A DNA stretch of 64,000 nt from Escherichia coli (GTDB lineage Bacteria; Pseudomonadota; Gammaproteobacteria; Enterobacterales; Enterobacteriaceae). The notes beneath the pieces are model-generated. The model ran no database searches. It saw nothing but the letters and a program-made list of their open reading frames with translations, and was not told the origin of the DNA. The stretch's first letter is position 1. The number at the start of each line of letters is the position of its first letter. Positions 1-8,679 of this stretch are shown here, one piece after another. The DNA lies in NCBI RefSeq assembly GCF_013315695.1, contig NZ_CP054353.1; one strand, written 5' to 3'. The position numbers and the translations under genes were made by a program.

Positions 1-1011
1 AATGGTGTTGATGAATTTGGTTTTTCATATGCCAAAATGCGAACAAAAGATAATATGACAGGACAATCATCTGCACTTAGTCTGCATACATGCAGTGCAT
101 CCCGGGGGATTGATGTTAGTGGCGATAATAAGTATTGCACTGTTTCATGCAGGGTTAAAGCTCCTGATGGTCTTCGTTGTCGTTTGCGTTTTGAAAAATA
201 CGATGGGTCGGTTTATACATTTTTAGGAGATGCTTATTTAACTTTCGGAACTCTGATAATAGAAAAAACTGGCGGAGCAGCCAATAGAATAGCAGCTACT
301 GCAACTAAAGATCCGGTTACAGGGTGGATTTTCTATGAGGCAACTATAGAAGCTGTTGAAGGTGAAACCTTAATTGGCGCAATGATTCAGTATGCGCCGA
401 AAAAAGGTGGTATAACTGAAGCGGGAGATTATATTTACCTTGCAACACCACAATTTGAAAACGGCGGATGTGCTTCATCTTTTGTTATTACGACAACTGC
501 ACCCGCAACCCGCTCCAGTGATATGGTGACGATCCCAACTGAAAATAATATCTATAATAGACCGCTTACGTGTCTTGTCGAGGTTAATAGAAATTGGGGC
601 GATATTCCTCCTAATGTAGCACCGCGTATTTTTGATTTTTCTGGTGTGCCACCTATTGAGTCAATTACATACGCTTTTAACACAACTGAGAAATATTACG
701 GTCAGCTTTATATGCAAACTTATAAAGCGTCGACAAGTACTTACGTTTCTAGTGTGTTTGCTGGTCGAGCTGATGTTCGAAAATTCATTGGTGGTTTTAA
801 TATTTATTCTGATGGTACTAAACGAGTAGTTTCTAACGGTGAGGCTACTAAAACTATGAAAACGGAGTGGACGGGCGTAAAAACACGGACCTTTATTCGA
901 ATTGGAGGTCAAGCCACATCGGGAACTCGTCATCTATTCGGCCATTTGAGAAATCTTCGTCTCTGGCATAAAGAATTAACTGATGCGCAAATGGGGGAGA
1001 GTATTAAATGA
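1..1011 (+). CDS. Phage tail-fibre / receptor-binding protein, C-terminal part with LamG-like (concanavalin-like) domain; 5' end beyond window
   Basis: The reading frame is open from position 1 (first ATG at 37). C-terminus ...GGQATSGTRHLFGHLRNLRLWHKELTDAQM resembles LamG-fold ends of phage fibre proteins. Stop overlaps the next ORF start (ATGA). Confidence 0.45.
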   Translation, partial: NGVDEFGFSYAKMRTKDNMTGQSSALSLHTCSASRGIDVSGDNKYCTVSCRVKAPDGLRCRLRFEKYDGSVYTFLGDAYLTFGTLIIEKTGGAANRIAATATKDPVTGWIFYEATIEAVEGETLIGAMIQYAPKKGGITEAGDYIYLATPQFENGGCASSFVITTTAPATRSSDMVTIPTENNIYNRPLTCLVEVNRNWGDIPPNVAPRIFDFSGVPPIESITYAFNTTEKYYGQLYMQTYKASTSTYVSSVFAGRADVRKFIGGFNIYSDGTKRVVSNGEATKTMKTEWTGVKTRTFIRIGGQATSGTRHLFGHLRNLRLWHKELTDAQMGESIK

Positions 1012-1289
1012 AAGATTTAACACTCAAATTTGCAGACAGGGCCGACTTTTCGGCCTTTATGGAGAGCATTGGCTATTATGATGACGAGTCGATGCAGGAT
1101 GATATTCTTATTGACGTGATAGGTAATGTGTACAAAGAAACCGGAGAACTTACTGAAGATGGCGAGCCGGTATGTGTTAAGGAGGACGGATATTTTGTAA
1201 ATGTGCGCATCATTAATGATTCGCAAATATCGTCATTATTCGATGAATACGTGGTTGCTGTTGAGCATCAACTCCGTAGCTGGATGTGA
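1008..1289 (+). CDS. Hypothetical small prophage protein (93 aa), translationally coupled to the upstream fibre gene
   Basis: ORF with a 4-nt overlap with the preceding stop, in the same operon-like array. No recognisable motif. Confidence 0.35.
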   Translation: MKDLTLKFADRADFSAFMESIGYYDDESMQDDILIDVIGNVYKETGELTEDGEPVCVKEDGYFVNVRIINDSQISSLFDEYVVAVEHQLRSWM

Positions 1290-1298
1290 GGAAGAAAA

Positions 1299-2003
1299 AT
1301 GGCTACATCGACAGTAATTCCTGATGACATCAAAACGCTAAAGGGAGATGTCAGTAAGGCAAAGGAAGATATTTCCTCAATTAACGTAAAAGTATCAACG
1401 CTTCAGACTGATATGGACAGTGCAAAGCAGGATATCAGTACCAGATACACAAAAACAGAAGTGGATAATAAGCTGAAAAACAAAGTGGAAGTGAACGATC
1501 TGGAAAGTGGTCGTTATGGCGGAGATTTTTACCCGCTGACTGGCCGTGAAGCGTTTTATTTATGGGGATTGGGCACAACTACAGCGGCGGCAAATCTTTA
1601 TCTTAATCCTGACCCTGCAATTTCGTCTGTGCTGCGGTCAACATCGTCTATCCGCTATAAACATTCAGTAGAGACGATAGATTCAGAGCACGCCGATCTC
1701 ATTTTCAGGATGCGCCCTGTGTGGTACAGGTCGCAATGCGAAAATGACAGGCGTGACTGGGGATTCTATGGATTGATTGCCGAGGAAGTAGGAGAAATTG
1801 CCCCTCAGTTTGTTCACTGGCGACCAGCCAACGAAGATGATGCACCGGAAACCATTTCCAGCAATGGCCTTGTTGCCGAAGGTGTAATGTACGAACGTCT
1901 GGTTGTTCCACTGATTCACCATATCCAGAAACTGACTGAAAGAGTTGATGAACTTGAGTCAGAATTGAAGTTGTTATCAACTTCCCAAAGCGATATCGGA
2001 TAA
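1299..2003 (+). CDS. Short tail-fibre-like protein with C-terminal peptidase-S74-type intramolecular chaperone domain
   Basis: N-terminal coiled-coil-like segment. C-terminal region has an S..R.K motif (SSIRYK) followed by LIFRMRPVWY...GFYGLIAEEVGEIAPQFV...YERLVVPLIHHIQKL, the typical signature of self-cleaving chaperone domains of phage fibres/endosialidases. Confidence 0.55.
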   Translation: MATSTVIPDDIKTLKGDVSKAKEDISSINVKVSTLQTDMDSAKQDISTRYTKTEVDNKLKNKVEVNDLESGRYGGDFYPLTGREAFYLWGLGTTTAAANLYLNPDPAISSVLRSTSSIRYKHSVETIDSEHADLIFRMRPVWYRSQCENDRRDWGFYGLIAEEVGEIAPQFVHWRPANEDDAPETISSNGLVAEGVMYERLVVPLIHHIQKLTERVDELESELKLLSTSQSDIG

Positions 2004-2013
2004 AGGAGGAGTA

Positions 2014-2307
2014 ATGGATATAACACCTTTTCTTCATGCGCTTTGTGCTGTGGCTGCGCAGGTAATGATTGGTCTTTTTGCCGGAAACTGGGTTTACGGG
2101 GCGATAGCCGGTTGTACGTTCTTCATTGCGCGTGAACACACCCAGGCAGAATATCGCTGGATTGAAATGTTCGGGCATGGCAAGTGGATTAACATGCCGT
2201 GGTGGGGCGGTTTTGATCCGCGTGTTTGGGATGTGGCAAGCCTGATAGATTTTGCTGTGCCGGTGGTGGCGTGTCTGCTGGTCTGGCTGTTGGTTAATCG
2301 TGGGTGA
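2014..2307 (+). CDS. Hypothetical small membrane protein (97 aa, about 3 predicted TM helices) of prophage origin
   Basis: Hydrophobic segments (LHALCAVAAQVMIGLFAGNWVYGAIAGCTFFIA; FAVPVVACLLVWLLV). Lies directly after the fibre genes. Confidence 0.35.
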   Translation: MDITPFLHALCAVAAQVMIGLFAGNWVYGAIAGCTFFIAREHTQAEYRWIEMFGHGKWINMPWWGGFDPRVWDVASLIDFAVPVVACLLVWLLVNRG

Positions 2308-2317
2308 AAAAAGGTGA

Positions 2318-2446
2318 GCTGTATATGCAACGGAGGAAGAAACCCCGTTGCTGGAAGCCTGGAAAAAGTATCGGGTGTTGCTGAACCGTGTTGATACATC
2401 AACTGCACCTGATATTGAGTGGCCTACGAACCCTGTCAGGGAGTAA
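2318..2446 (+). pseudogene. Tail fibre assembly protein (Tfa) C-terminal fragment
   Basis: Frame translation ...[38 protein letters not shown] matches the conserved Tfa C-terminus. No N-terminal part upstream, and an in-frame stop at 2315-2317. Confidence 0.55.
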
Positions 2447-2500
2447 TCATTGGGATTATGCCGCAGCACGTCTTAAGCAAGAACGTGCTGCGGTTGGATG

Positions 2501-3169
2501 CTATTTTTTCCCTGAAGCGGAAAACATTACTACAGTACCTTGAACCTTGGTTTTAACATTCTCGAAATGCTCTGAGAGTATATGTGTTAAGCCTTCTTCG
2601 GAATCTTTTGTGTTTGAAAAGATGCCTTTCTGATTGTAAATGCGCATCAGTTTTTGACCGAAGCTATTGTGCACAACTCCATCGCCAAGAATTGTGGCTC
2701 CGTATAGAGTTCCATCGTCAGTTAAGGCCTGCGCCGCATTGCGTATTACACAGCTTTTTGTAGATATATTTCCAGGCAGGCAGTGAAGAAGGTAAAACAT
2801 GGAAATGGAATCAAATTGACCATGTAACGCCGCGGGATAAGGTTCAAAAACATCATGGCTAATTTTATGTTTAATTTTTGATTCCCCAGCCCTTGTAGAT
2901 GCCGCGTTCAGGCTAGCTTCGTTCAAATCCATTAAAGATATCAGACTACTCTCAGGTACGTGAGTAAGGTAAAACCCAGTTCCAACACCAATATCCAGAT
3001 GGTTGTTACCTAAATGTTCCAGAAAGTGTGGAAGAAGGTGTTCCTTTGTAGGACATCCCCATGCAAGCCGATTTGATACTCCCAAAACCCACCAGTCATA
3101 AAGCTTTAGGGTAAGTGGTGTGTAAATTTTAGCCCCATCATCTGTGTTTTTTTTCATTAATTTCACCAT
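2501..3169 (-). CDS. ybcY: SAM-dependent methyltransferase (YbcY-like, prophage-borne)
   Basis: 222-aa ORF with class-I methyltransferase motif I (LDIGVGTGFY). Lies between two tfa fragments, as ybcY does in K-12 DLP12. The ORF is intact here. Confidence 0.6.
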   Translation of the reverse strand: MVKLMKKNTDDGAKIYTPLTLKLYDWWVLGVSNRLAWGCPTKEHLLPHFLEHLGNNHLDIGVGTGFYLTHVPESSLISLMDLNEASLNAASTRAGESKIKHKISHDVFEPYPAALHGQFDSISMFYLLHCLPGNISTKSCVIRNAAQALTDDGTLYGATILGDGVVHNSFGQKLMRIYNQKGIFSNTKDSEEGLTHILSEHFENVKTKVQGTVVMFSASGKK

Positions 3170-3225
3170 GTTATAGTTTTATTTGTGAATTAAATCAATT
3201 ATGGCGATGAATTACAAGGGGTTAA

Positions 3226-3524
3226 ATGCTGCCGCAGCATAGCGATATTGAAATAGCCTGGTATGCTTCGATACAGCAGGAGCCGAATGGCTGGAAGACC
3301 GTCACCACACAGTTCTACATCCAGGAATTCAGTGAGTATATTGCGCCACTGCAGGATGCTGGGAAATCGCAACGGAGGAAGAAAGATCGTTGCTGGAGGC
3401 ATGGAATAAATATCGGGTATTGTTGAATCATGTTGATACATCAGTAGCTCTGGGTATGAAGCTGTTTGTAACTCATGTTACAGTAACAGCCATTACTATC
3501 TCGAAGGTGCAAAATGTATATTGA
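3226..3524 (+). pseudogene. tfaX: Tail fibre assembly protein fragment, frameshifted (tfaX-like)
   Basis: ORF 3226-3426 contains Tfa-like ...[10 protein letters not shown]... and then shifts frame. The next frame reads [27 protein letters not shown]... and then diverges from the Tfa consensus. Confidence 0.5.
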
Positions 3525-3651
3525 TTTGATATTTTATAAATTTACTTCGAATCTGGCACGTCAACTTTTGATTAAAGTAATATCAGTTTTCGGCGAAAAA
3601 AGGACCGTGTACATGAGACGATTTCATACAAGAATAACAAAAATATGAATA

Positions 3652-3688
3652 TGCTCCCAATGCAATATATGTTTTGCATTGGGAGCAA
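3652..3688 (-). terminator. Hairpin terminator downstream of the hydrolase gene
   Basis: Perfect 14-bp inverted repeat TGCTCCCAATGCAA-N9-TTGCATTGGGAGCA with A/T-rich flanks, just 3' of the minus-strand CDS ending at 3711. Confidence 0.45.
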
Positions 3689-3710
3689 ATAGCGGAATAT
3701 TTTGAAATTA

Positions 3711-5192
3711 TTATATTTCTGCTTCAGAATTTCCTGGGCAGTATATATTTTCTATTTTTTGTGGAGTGATCAGGTGATGTACAACTGCTTTATCTACACA
3801 TAAATTAACTCCGGTGAGAGCTAATGTATGCCCATCACCATTTATTGTTAGTAACGGGCTGGAAAATTTCTCTGCCATCTTACGGGCATTAATCCAGGGC
3901 GTTGTTGGGTCGTATTTGTGTGCTACAAACAGTAAACCAGAGGGCAGAACAGTATTTTTCAGGCGAGTTTTGTTCAGGTCGCTATGTATTGGCCATAATT
4001 CACAAAAATCAGGTGAATCGGAACGTCCATTGTCAAAGTTAATAGCCGGGAAGGCATTCGCAAGAGCGTCTTTTCGGGATTTTCGCTCTTCTGGTGTTAA
4101 TTGCTCATCCCCCTGATCTACACAGAGGATTACCCCCGAAGCATCGCTTGACTCTTCTGAGGCTATCTGAGCACTGAGCGCAGTTTCAATTTCATTACTG
4201 ACAATCCCCTGAGAGAACTGGCGTATGGCAGTTGCAAGGGTTGGCCATGATGAACGCCATAGCAGAAGGTCTGTTGTTAATGATATGAGTTCATCTGAAG
4301 ATATATTTTCTCCCTTACTGTCTAATAAAGGTTTGTGATGTAATTTTGATAATAGCTCATGGAACTGAGTTATTGCCTTATCTCTGTCTGAAGAAAGCGG
4401 GCAACTTTTTGTACGCGCACACCAGGATGCAAAGCGATCAAACGTTTCCTGATAACTCTGTGCCTGTTTGAGTTGCCATGTGAAGTTGTCCTCCAGGTCA
4501 TCGATATCGACGACTCCATCAAGAACGATAGATCTTACGTTGTAGGGAAAACGTTCTGCATATAAGGCTGCAATTTGAGTTCCATACGAATACGCCACGG
4601 CTGTCAGTTGTTTATCCCCCAAGGCTTGCCTAATACGATCAATATCGTATACAGCCTCGTTAGAGCCGATATGGCGAATGACTTCGGCTCCGGTATTATG
4701 GATACAGGCATTAATTTTATTTAATACTTGTTGCTTTTCGGTTATGTTTTCCTGAGTCTCTGTATCTGATTGCCGGCAGTTTATTGTCGGAGTGGACTGT
4801 CCGACGCCTCGAGGATCAAATCCAATAATATCCCATGACTCACGAAGATTTGTGACTGGCCAGTCAAAGTTAATATAAGGATTTATGCCTGGTAACCCGG
4901 GACCACCACTTATTATCAGGATACTTCCTTTATGCTTGCTTTTTGCCGGCAATTTTGTCAACGCTAGTTTGACTTGTGATTTTTTTTCATAAGAAGCATC
5001 TCCGCCTGTGTCTGTATATTTTAATGGAACAGACAAATAACCACATAGTAAGTCAGGAGACGGTTTTTCCTCACCAAACCAGTGGTTGAATTGACTGGCC
5101 ATACAGGATTGCCACTGTATCTGCTGGGCAGATACGGTTACTGGTAGAAGTAACGTTAAAACAACTTTGAAATGAGTAATTATTTTTCGCAT
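3711..5192 (-). CDS. Secreted alpha/beta-fold hydrolase (peptidase S33 / TAP-like family)
   Basis: 493-aa ORF with N-terminal signal-peptide-like segment (MRKIITHFKVVLTLLLPVTVSAQQ), oxyanion-hole region GFDPRGVGQS and nucleophile elbow AYSYGTQ (GxSxG). Gene is AT-rich and occupies the position of appY in K-12. Confidence 0.7.
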   Translation of the reverse strand: MRKIITHFKVVLTLLLPVTVSAQQIQWQSCMASQFNHWFGEEKPSPDLLCGYLSVPLKYTDTGGDASYEKKSQVKLALTKLPAKSKHKGSILIISGGPGLPGINPYINFDWPVTNLRESWDIIGFDPRGVGQSTPTINCRQSDTETQENITEKQQVLNKINACIHNTGAEVIRHIGSNEAVYDIDRIRQALGDKQLTAVAYSYGTQIAALYAERFPYNVRSIVLDGVVDIDDLEDNFTWQLKQAQSYQETFDRFASWCARTKSCPLSSDRDKAITQFHELLSKLHHKPLLDSKGENISSDELISLTTDLLLWRSSWPTLATAIRQFSQGIVSNEIETALSAQIASEESSDASGVILCVDQGDEQLTPEERKSRKDALANAFPAINFDNGRSDSPDFCELWPIHSDLNKTRLKNTVLPSGLLFVAHKYDPTTPWINARKMAEKFSSPLLTINGDGHTLALTGVNLCVDKAVVHHLITPQKIENIYCPGNSEAEI

Positions 5193-5322
5193 TGTGTCTC
5201 TGAATATCGGAATAAAGATAAGATTTGAATATATTGAGGTCTTGTGTTGCGGTAAGAGATTACACGTTATGACATAGGTTAAATGCTTACAAAATTAGTG
5301 GATATTGTCTACTTGTAACTGT

Positions 5323-5360
5323 AAACAAATTCCCCGGGGTTATACAATACCACCGGGGAG
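5323..5360 (-). terminator. Rho-independent terminator of ompT
   Basis: Hairpin CCCCGG...CCGGGG followed on the minus strand by TTTGTTT, immediately 3' of the ompT stop. Confidence 0.45.
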
Positions 5361-5378
5361 AAAATCTGGTTAACTTCG

Positions 5379-6332
5379 TTAAAAGGTGTACTTAAGACCA
5401 GCAGTAGTGATGAAGTTATAGTTTTCTATGCCTGCACCATTTTTGCTGTAGTCTGAAGTGTTATCATTGTGATCATAAAGTGAAGTATTACCTTTTTTAT
5501 TCGTAACCCGATTCCATGCGCCTTCAACATAAACTTTTGCGTTAGGTGTTACGTAATAACCTGCATTGACTGCAACAGAATAGTAATTTTGGTCTTTGAC
5601 TTTACTGCGATAAGTGATTCTTTTTCCTGGGTCATAGTGCTCATCGTTATCAGATGCTTCCACCCAGCCGCTGTATTTAAATGTGCCACCTAGCTCAAAA
5701 TCTTCATAACGATAACTTCCAGTCAAGCCAATGTAGGGCATTTTAAAACGTTGTTTGTAGCCGATTGCTCTTTCTCCATTCGGGAAGGAGCCGATATCAT
5801 CTCTGAATCCCTCCTCAGAACTGTAGATATAGGAACCACCTCTGGCTGTAAAGCTATAACGGCTTTCCTGATATCCGGCCATGAGTCCCAGGCGGTAATT
5901 GGGTTCGTTGAGGAGCCAGCCTTTGATATTCAGATCAAATTCGTTGGCATAATTGAGTTGTGTATCAGGGTGCCTACTTTCATCTGTCCAGGTTCCGGGG
6001 TTACTGGAATCCATCCAGTCCTGATCGACCATATTGCCACCTCGGCTGCCGAGAGTAGTCCAGCCCGCAGCCCCAATAGATATCTGGGGCATCAAATCCC
6101 AATTAATTGCACCTTTAATAATTGCAGCGTTATTGAATTTCCAGTCGAGTTGACTGACTTTTCGGCCTCCTTCTTCAGCTAGATAAACGCGCTCTTTTGT
6201 TTTTCCGCTCAGAGTTCCAAGACTAATGTCCGCATTTATGTTGTCAGGAGTAAACGATATAGTCTCGGTAGAAGCAAAAGAGCTGATCGCAATAGGGGTT
6301 GTCAGGACTATTCCCAGAAGTTTCGCCCGCAT
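5379..6332 (-). CDS. ompT: Outer membrane protease OmpT (omptin)
   Basis: 317-aa ORF MRAKLLGIVLTTPIAISSFA...AGLKYTF, recognised as OmpT precursor. Confidence 0.95.
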   Translation of the reverse strand: MRAKLLGIVLTTPIAISSFASTETISFTPDNINADISLGTLSGKTKERVYLAEEGGRKVSQLDWKFNNAAIIKGAINWDLMPQISIGAAGWTTLGSRGGNMVDQDWMDSSNPGTWTDESRHPDTQLNYANEFDLNIKGWLLNEPNYRLGLMAGYQESRYSFTARGGSYIYSSEEGFRDDIGSFPNGERAIGYKQRFKMPYIGLTGSYRYEDFELGGTFKYSGWVEASDNDEHYDPGKRITYRSKVKDQNYYSVAVNAGYYVTPNAKVYVEGAWNRVTNKKGNTSLYDHNDNTSDYSKNGAGIENYNFITTAGLKYTF

Positions 6333-6754
6333 AAAAGTTCTCCATTCAATCGTTTTAATGATTGAATATGTATTTTTTATATCTAACTTAATGAGTCAAT
6401 TACATATTGCTCCACTGTTTATATTTTGTTTAGTATTGAATGATTATCACAATGCGCTATCTGTTTTTGGTTTAATTATCTGTTATTGTTTTATGTTGCG
6501 GTTTTACTGTGTGGTTTTTTATGCTTTTGTGGTGTTTTTATCTATTTAAGCGCCATGCCTTTAGAGGCATATAAGCGAAAATAGCATGAGGTTTATCCTC
6601 AATTGCTATGTTTTTTGGTACAAAAAAGAGGGACAAAACTGAGACACATAAGGCCTCACAATGGCTTGCAAGGCTTTACATGTTTTGAGGTAGTGGGACG
6701 TGTGAGCGCAGAGATGGCGCGGTAAGTTGTTGACTTAAAATGTCGTTCTAGGAA

Positions 6755-6799
6755 CTTCTAAGTCGTGGGCCGCAGGTTCGAATCCTGCAGGGCGCGCCA
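6755..6799 (+). other. attR: 45-nt copy of the 3' end of tRNA-Arg(UCU) argU (anticodon loop through CCA), not a full tRNA
   Basis: CTTCTAAGTCGTGGGCCGCAGGTTCGAATCCTGCAGGGCGCGCCA: T-arm GCAGG/TTCGAAT/CCTGC, acceptor 3' strand and CCA present, but no matching 5' half upstream. Confidence 0.7.
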
Positions 6800-6844
6800 T
6801 TTCTTCTTCATTTATCCCCGTCTTATCCGTTTCCGCTTTGCCCT

Positions 6845-7606
6845 TCACCACATCACTTTTTGTCGCTGTTTGGCGAGATAATTCAACGGTGTCAGGCCGT
6901 AAAACGCCTTAAAAACAGAGATAAAGTACGACGTGCTGCTATAGCCACATAATTGCGCTACCTGAGTGATATTTTTGTTATCCATCAATAACATCTGTAC
7001 GGCGTAACGCATACGACACTCTGTGACAATCTGGCTATAGCTGGTATTTTCGTTTTTTAATTTCTTTTTGAGCAGGCTGGGGCTTAAACATAGCGAACTG
7101 GCGACAATTCGCAGATTCCAGTAATGCTGAATATCGCTTTGAATAATGCGGCAGACGCTGTCGCGGACGCTGCTGCGTAAGATATACATCAGTAGGGCAA
7201 TAAACCGCGATTGCTCAAGAAAGTTAGACAATACGGTAAAAAGCAATGCGCGCGTCAACTCCGCTTCGCAGGGTTTGCTGGGTTGCTGCTTGCTGTGGTT
7301 GGCGGCTAGCCGGAACACTTCCGGTGTACGGCTATGACAAGCGATAACCGGGGTTGCCAGCCGCGACCAGGGCTTTATACAGGTTAAGTTCTTATTTAAA
7401 AACAACAGATAATCGTTGATGATGTTACGGTTGATGTGGGTGATTAATACGTGATTTAACGTTGAGAGTTCAATGACGTTATTGTTGCACGCGAAGGCGG
7501 CCAGGTAGTTTTTCGGAAGGGTAAACGTAGCATGGTTATTGACGCTTACCTCTACCTCTTTTTCGGTCAGGATCACCACGCAAGGTTCACTGCTGCTCAA
7601 TTGCAT
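6845..7606 (-). CDS. envY: AraC-family transcriptional regulator EnvY
   Basis: 253-aa ORF with C-terminal AraC HTH region (...ITQVAQLCGYSSTSYFISVFKAFYGLTPLNY...). Confidence 0.85.
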   Translation of the reverse strand: MQLSSSEPCVVILTEKEVEVSVNNHATFTLPKNYLAAFACNNNVIELSTLNHVLITHINRNIINDYLLFLNKNLTCIKPWSRLATPVIACHSRTPEVFRLAANHSKQQPSKPCEAELTRALLFTVLSNFLEQSRFIALLMYILRSSVRDSVCRIIQSDIQHYWNLRIVASSLCLSPSLLKKKLKNENTSYSQIVTECRMRYAVQMLLMDNKNITQVAQLCGYSSTSYFISVFKAFYGLTPLNYLAKQRQKVMW

Positions 7607-7788
7607 TTCGCACTCCTCAGATATCAGAAACTCCGCTCAAAGGATCTATGCTTCCTGCATGAGTGATCGGCCCGTTCGCCGATAACGATCTTCTTTCTTT
7701 AGCACGCTTTTTAGCAATTAATCTTGATGGAATTCTGACGAGAGCGAAAGAGGTAAGCCAGGTCGTACCCGACTTACCTGGAGGAGAT

Positions 7789-8679
7789 TTAATACTCGAG
7801 AATGCCGTGCGCGACGGGCAAATAGCGCAGAGAGAAATAGAGCGTGTCTTTACCGCAAGAGGAACGTTTCGCTAACAGCGAGGCAATTTCTGCGTCCGGT
7901 TTCGGTTTCGCTGTAAAGGTTTTGCCTTTGCCGGCGACAAACAGTTCATAAACAATGCCGCTTGCTGGGGCGGAGCTTTGGCAATCGGCGCTGGCCTGTA
8001 GATAACGTTCACGCTGTTCAGCGGTCAGTTTATCCACGCCGCTGCCATCCTGTACCCAGACATTAACGCCGGTTGCTTTAACGTGTTCCAGCAGTTGGCG
8101 ATAGCCATCGGGCGACATGTTTCCGGCGAAAAAACTACTGATATAAACCGGTTTTGCTGAAACATCGCTAATCAACCGCTGCGCGTTGTTTAACCATGTT
8201 AGCAAAGGCTGACGGGCGGCTTCGCTGCGCCAGTTCAGGTCGTCAATTTCCGCGCTGATGTACCAGCCATCCGGCGTTACGCCAGGTACGGCGCTCCATA
8301 ATCTGGCTTGCTGGAGATCGGCAGCCAGCAGGCGGTTAAGATAGCTTTCCAGCGCTGCAGACGACTGTTTCTGGTGCATAAAAAATTCCGGATCGGCATT
8401 CAGCCCGACAATCAGCTTCAGGCCAGCCTGTTGCGCAGCTGCGGCACGCTTAAACAATAACGCGCGCTGTTCTGGCTGGGTGAATGCATCGCCGTAACGA
8501 GTCCATTGCAAAACCAGGGTATCGAAGCCTTGCAAACGTAACTGACTCATCAGCCCCTGCCACTGGGTATCGGTAACCTGACTATCACGGTTTTGTGGTT
8601 GCCAGATAATACCTTTCATCGCAAAGGAAAAAGGGCTGACCAAAAGCAGTGTCAGCAATACGAAAATGAACTTACGCAT
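7789..8679 (-). CDS. ybcH: YbcH (DUF4434 periplasmic protein; third gene of the nfrBA-ybcH operon)
   Basis: 296-aa ORF with signal peptide, directly abutting the nfrA stop. Confidence 0.8.
   Translation of the reverse strand: MRKFIFVLLTLLLVSPFSFAMKGIIWQPQNRDSQVTDTQWQGLMSQLRLQGFDTLVLQWTRYGDAFTQPEQRALLFKRAAAAQQAGLKLIVGLNADPEFFMHQKQSSAALESYLNRLLAADLQQARLWSAVPGVTPDGWYISAEIDDLNWRSEAARQPLLTWLNNAQRLISDVSAKPVYISSFFAGNMSPDGYRQLLEHVKATGVNVWVQDGSGVDKLTAEQRERYLQASADCQSSAPASGIVYELFVAGKGKTFTAKPKPDAEIASLLAKRSSCGKDTLYFSLRYLPVAHGILEY

Larger units (their letters stand above)
1..6799. mobile_element. Right arm of a DLP12-like cryptic lambdoid prophage (tail-fibre remnants through ompT to attR)
   Basis: AT-rich block with phage tail-fibre and tail-fibre-assembly fragments, ending at a 45-nt copy of the 3' end of tRNA-Arg (argU) immediately before envY. 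In K-12, DLP12 occupies this position and contains ompT. Confidence 0.7.

Noticed and set aside
6226-6549. 107-aa plus-strand ORF upstream of ompT
   Set aside because: It lies in the AT-rich ompT promoter region, overlaps the ompT 5' end, and has a Phe/Leu/Ile/Val-rich repetitive translation expected from T-rich DNA read in frame, not a real protein.
6700-6800. Possible complete tRNA gene
   Set aside because: Only the 3' 45 nt of tRNA-Arg are present; no acceptor 5' strand or D-arm could be found upstream. Interpreted as the prophage attR copy.
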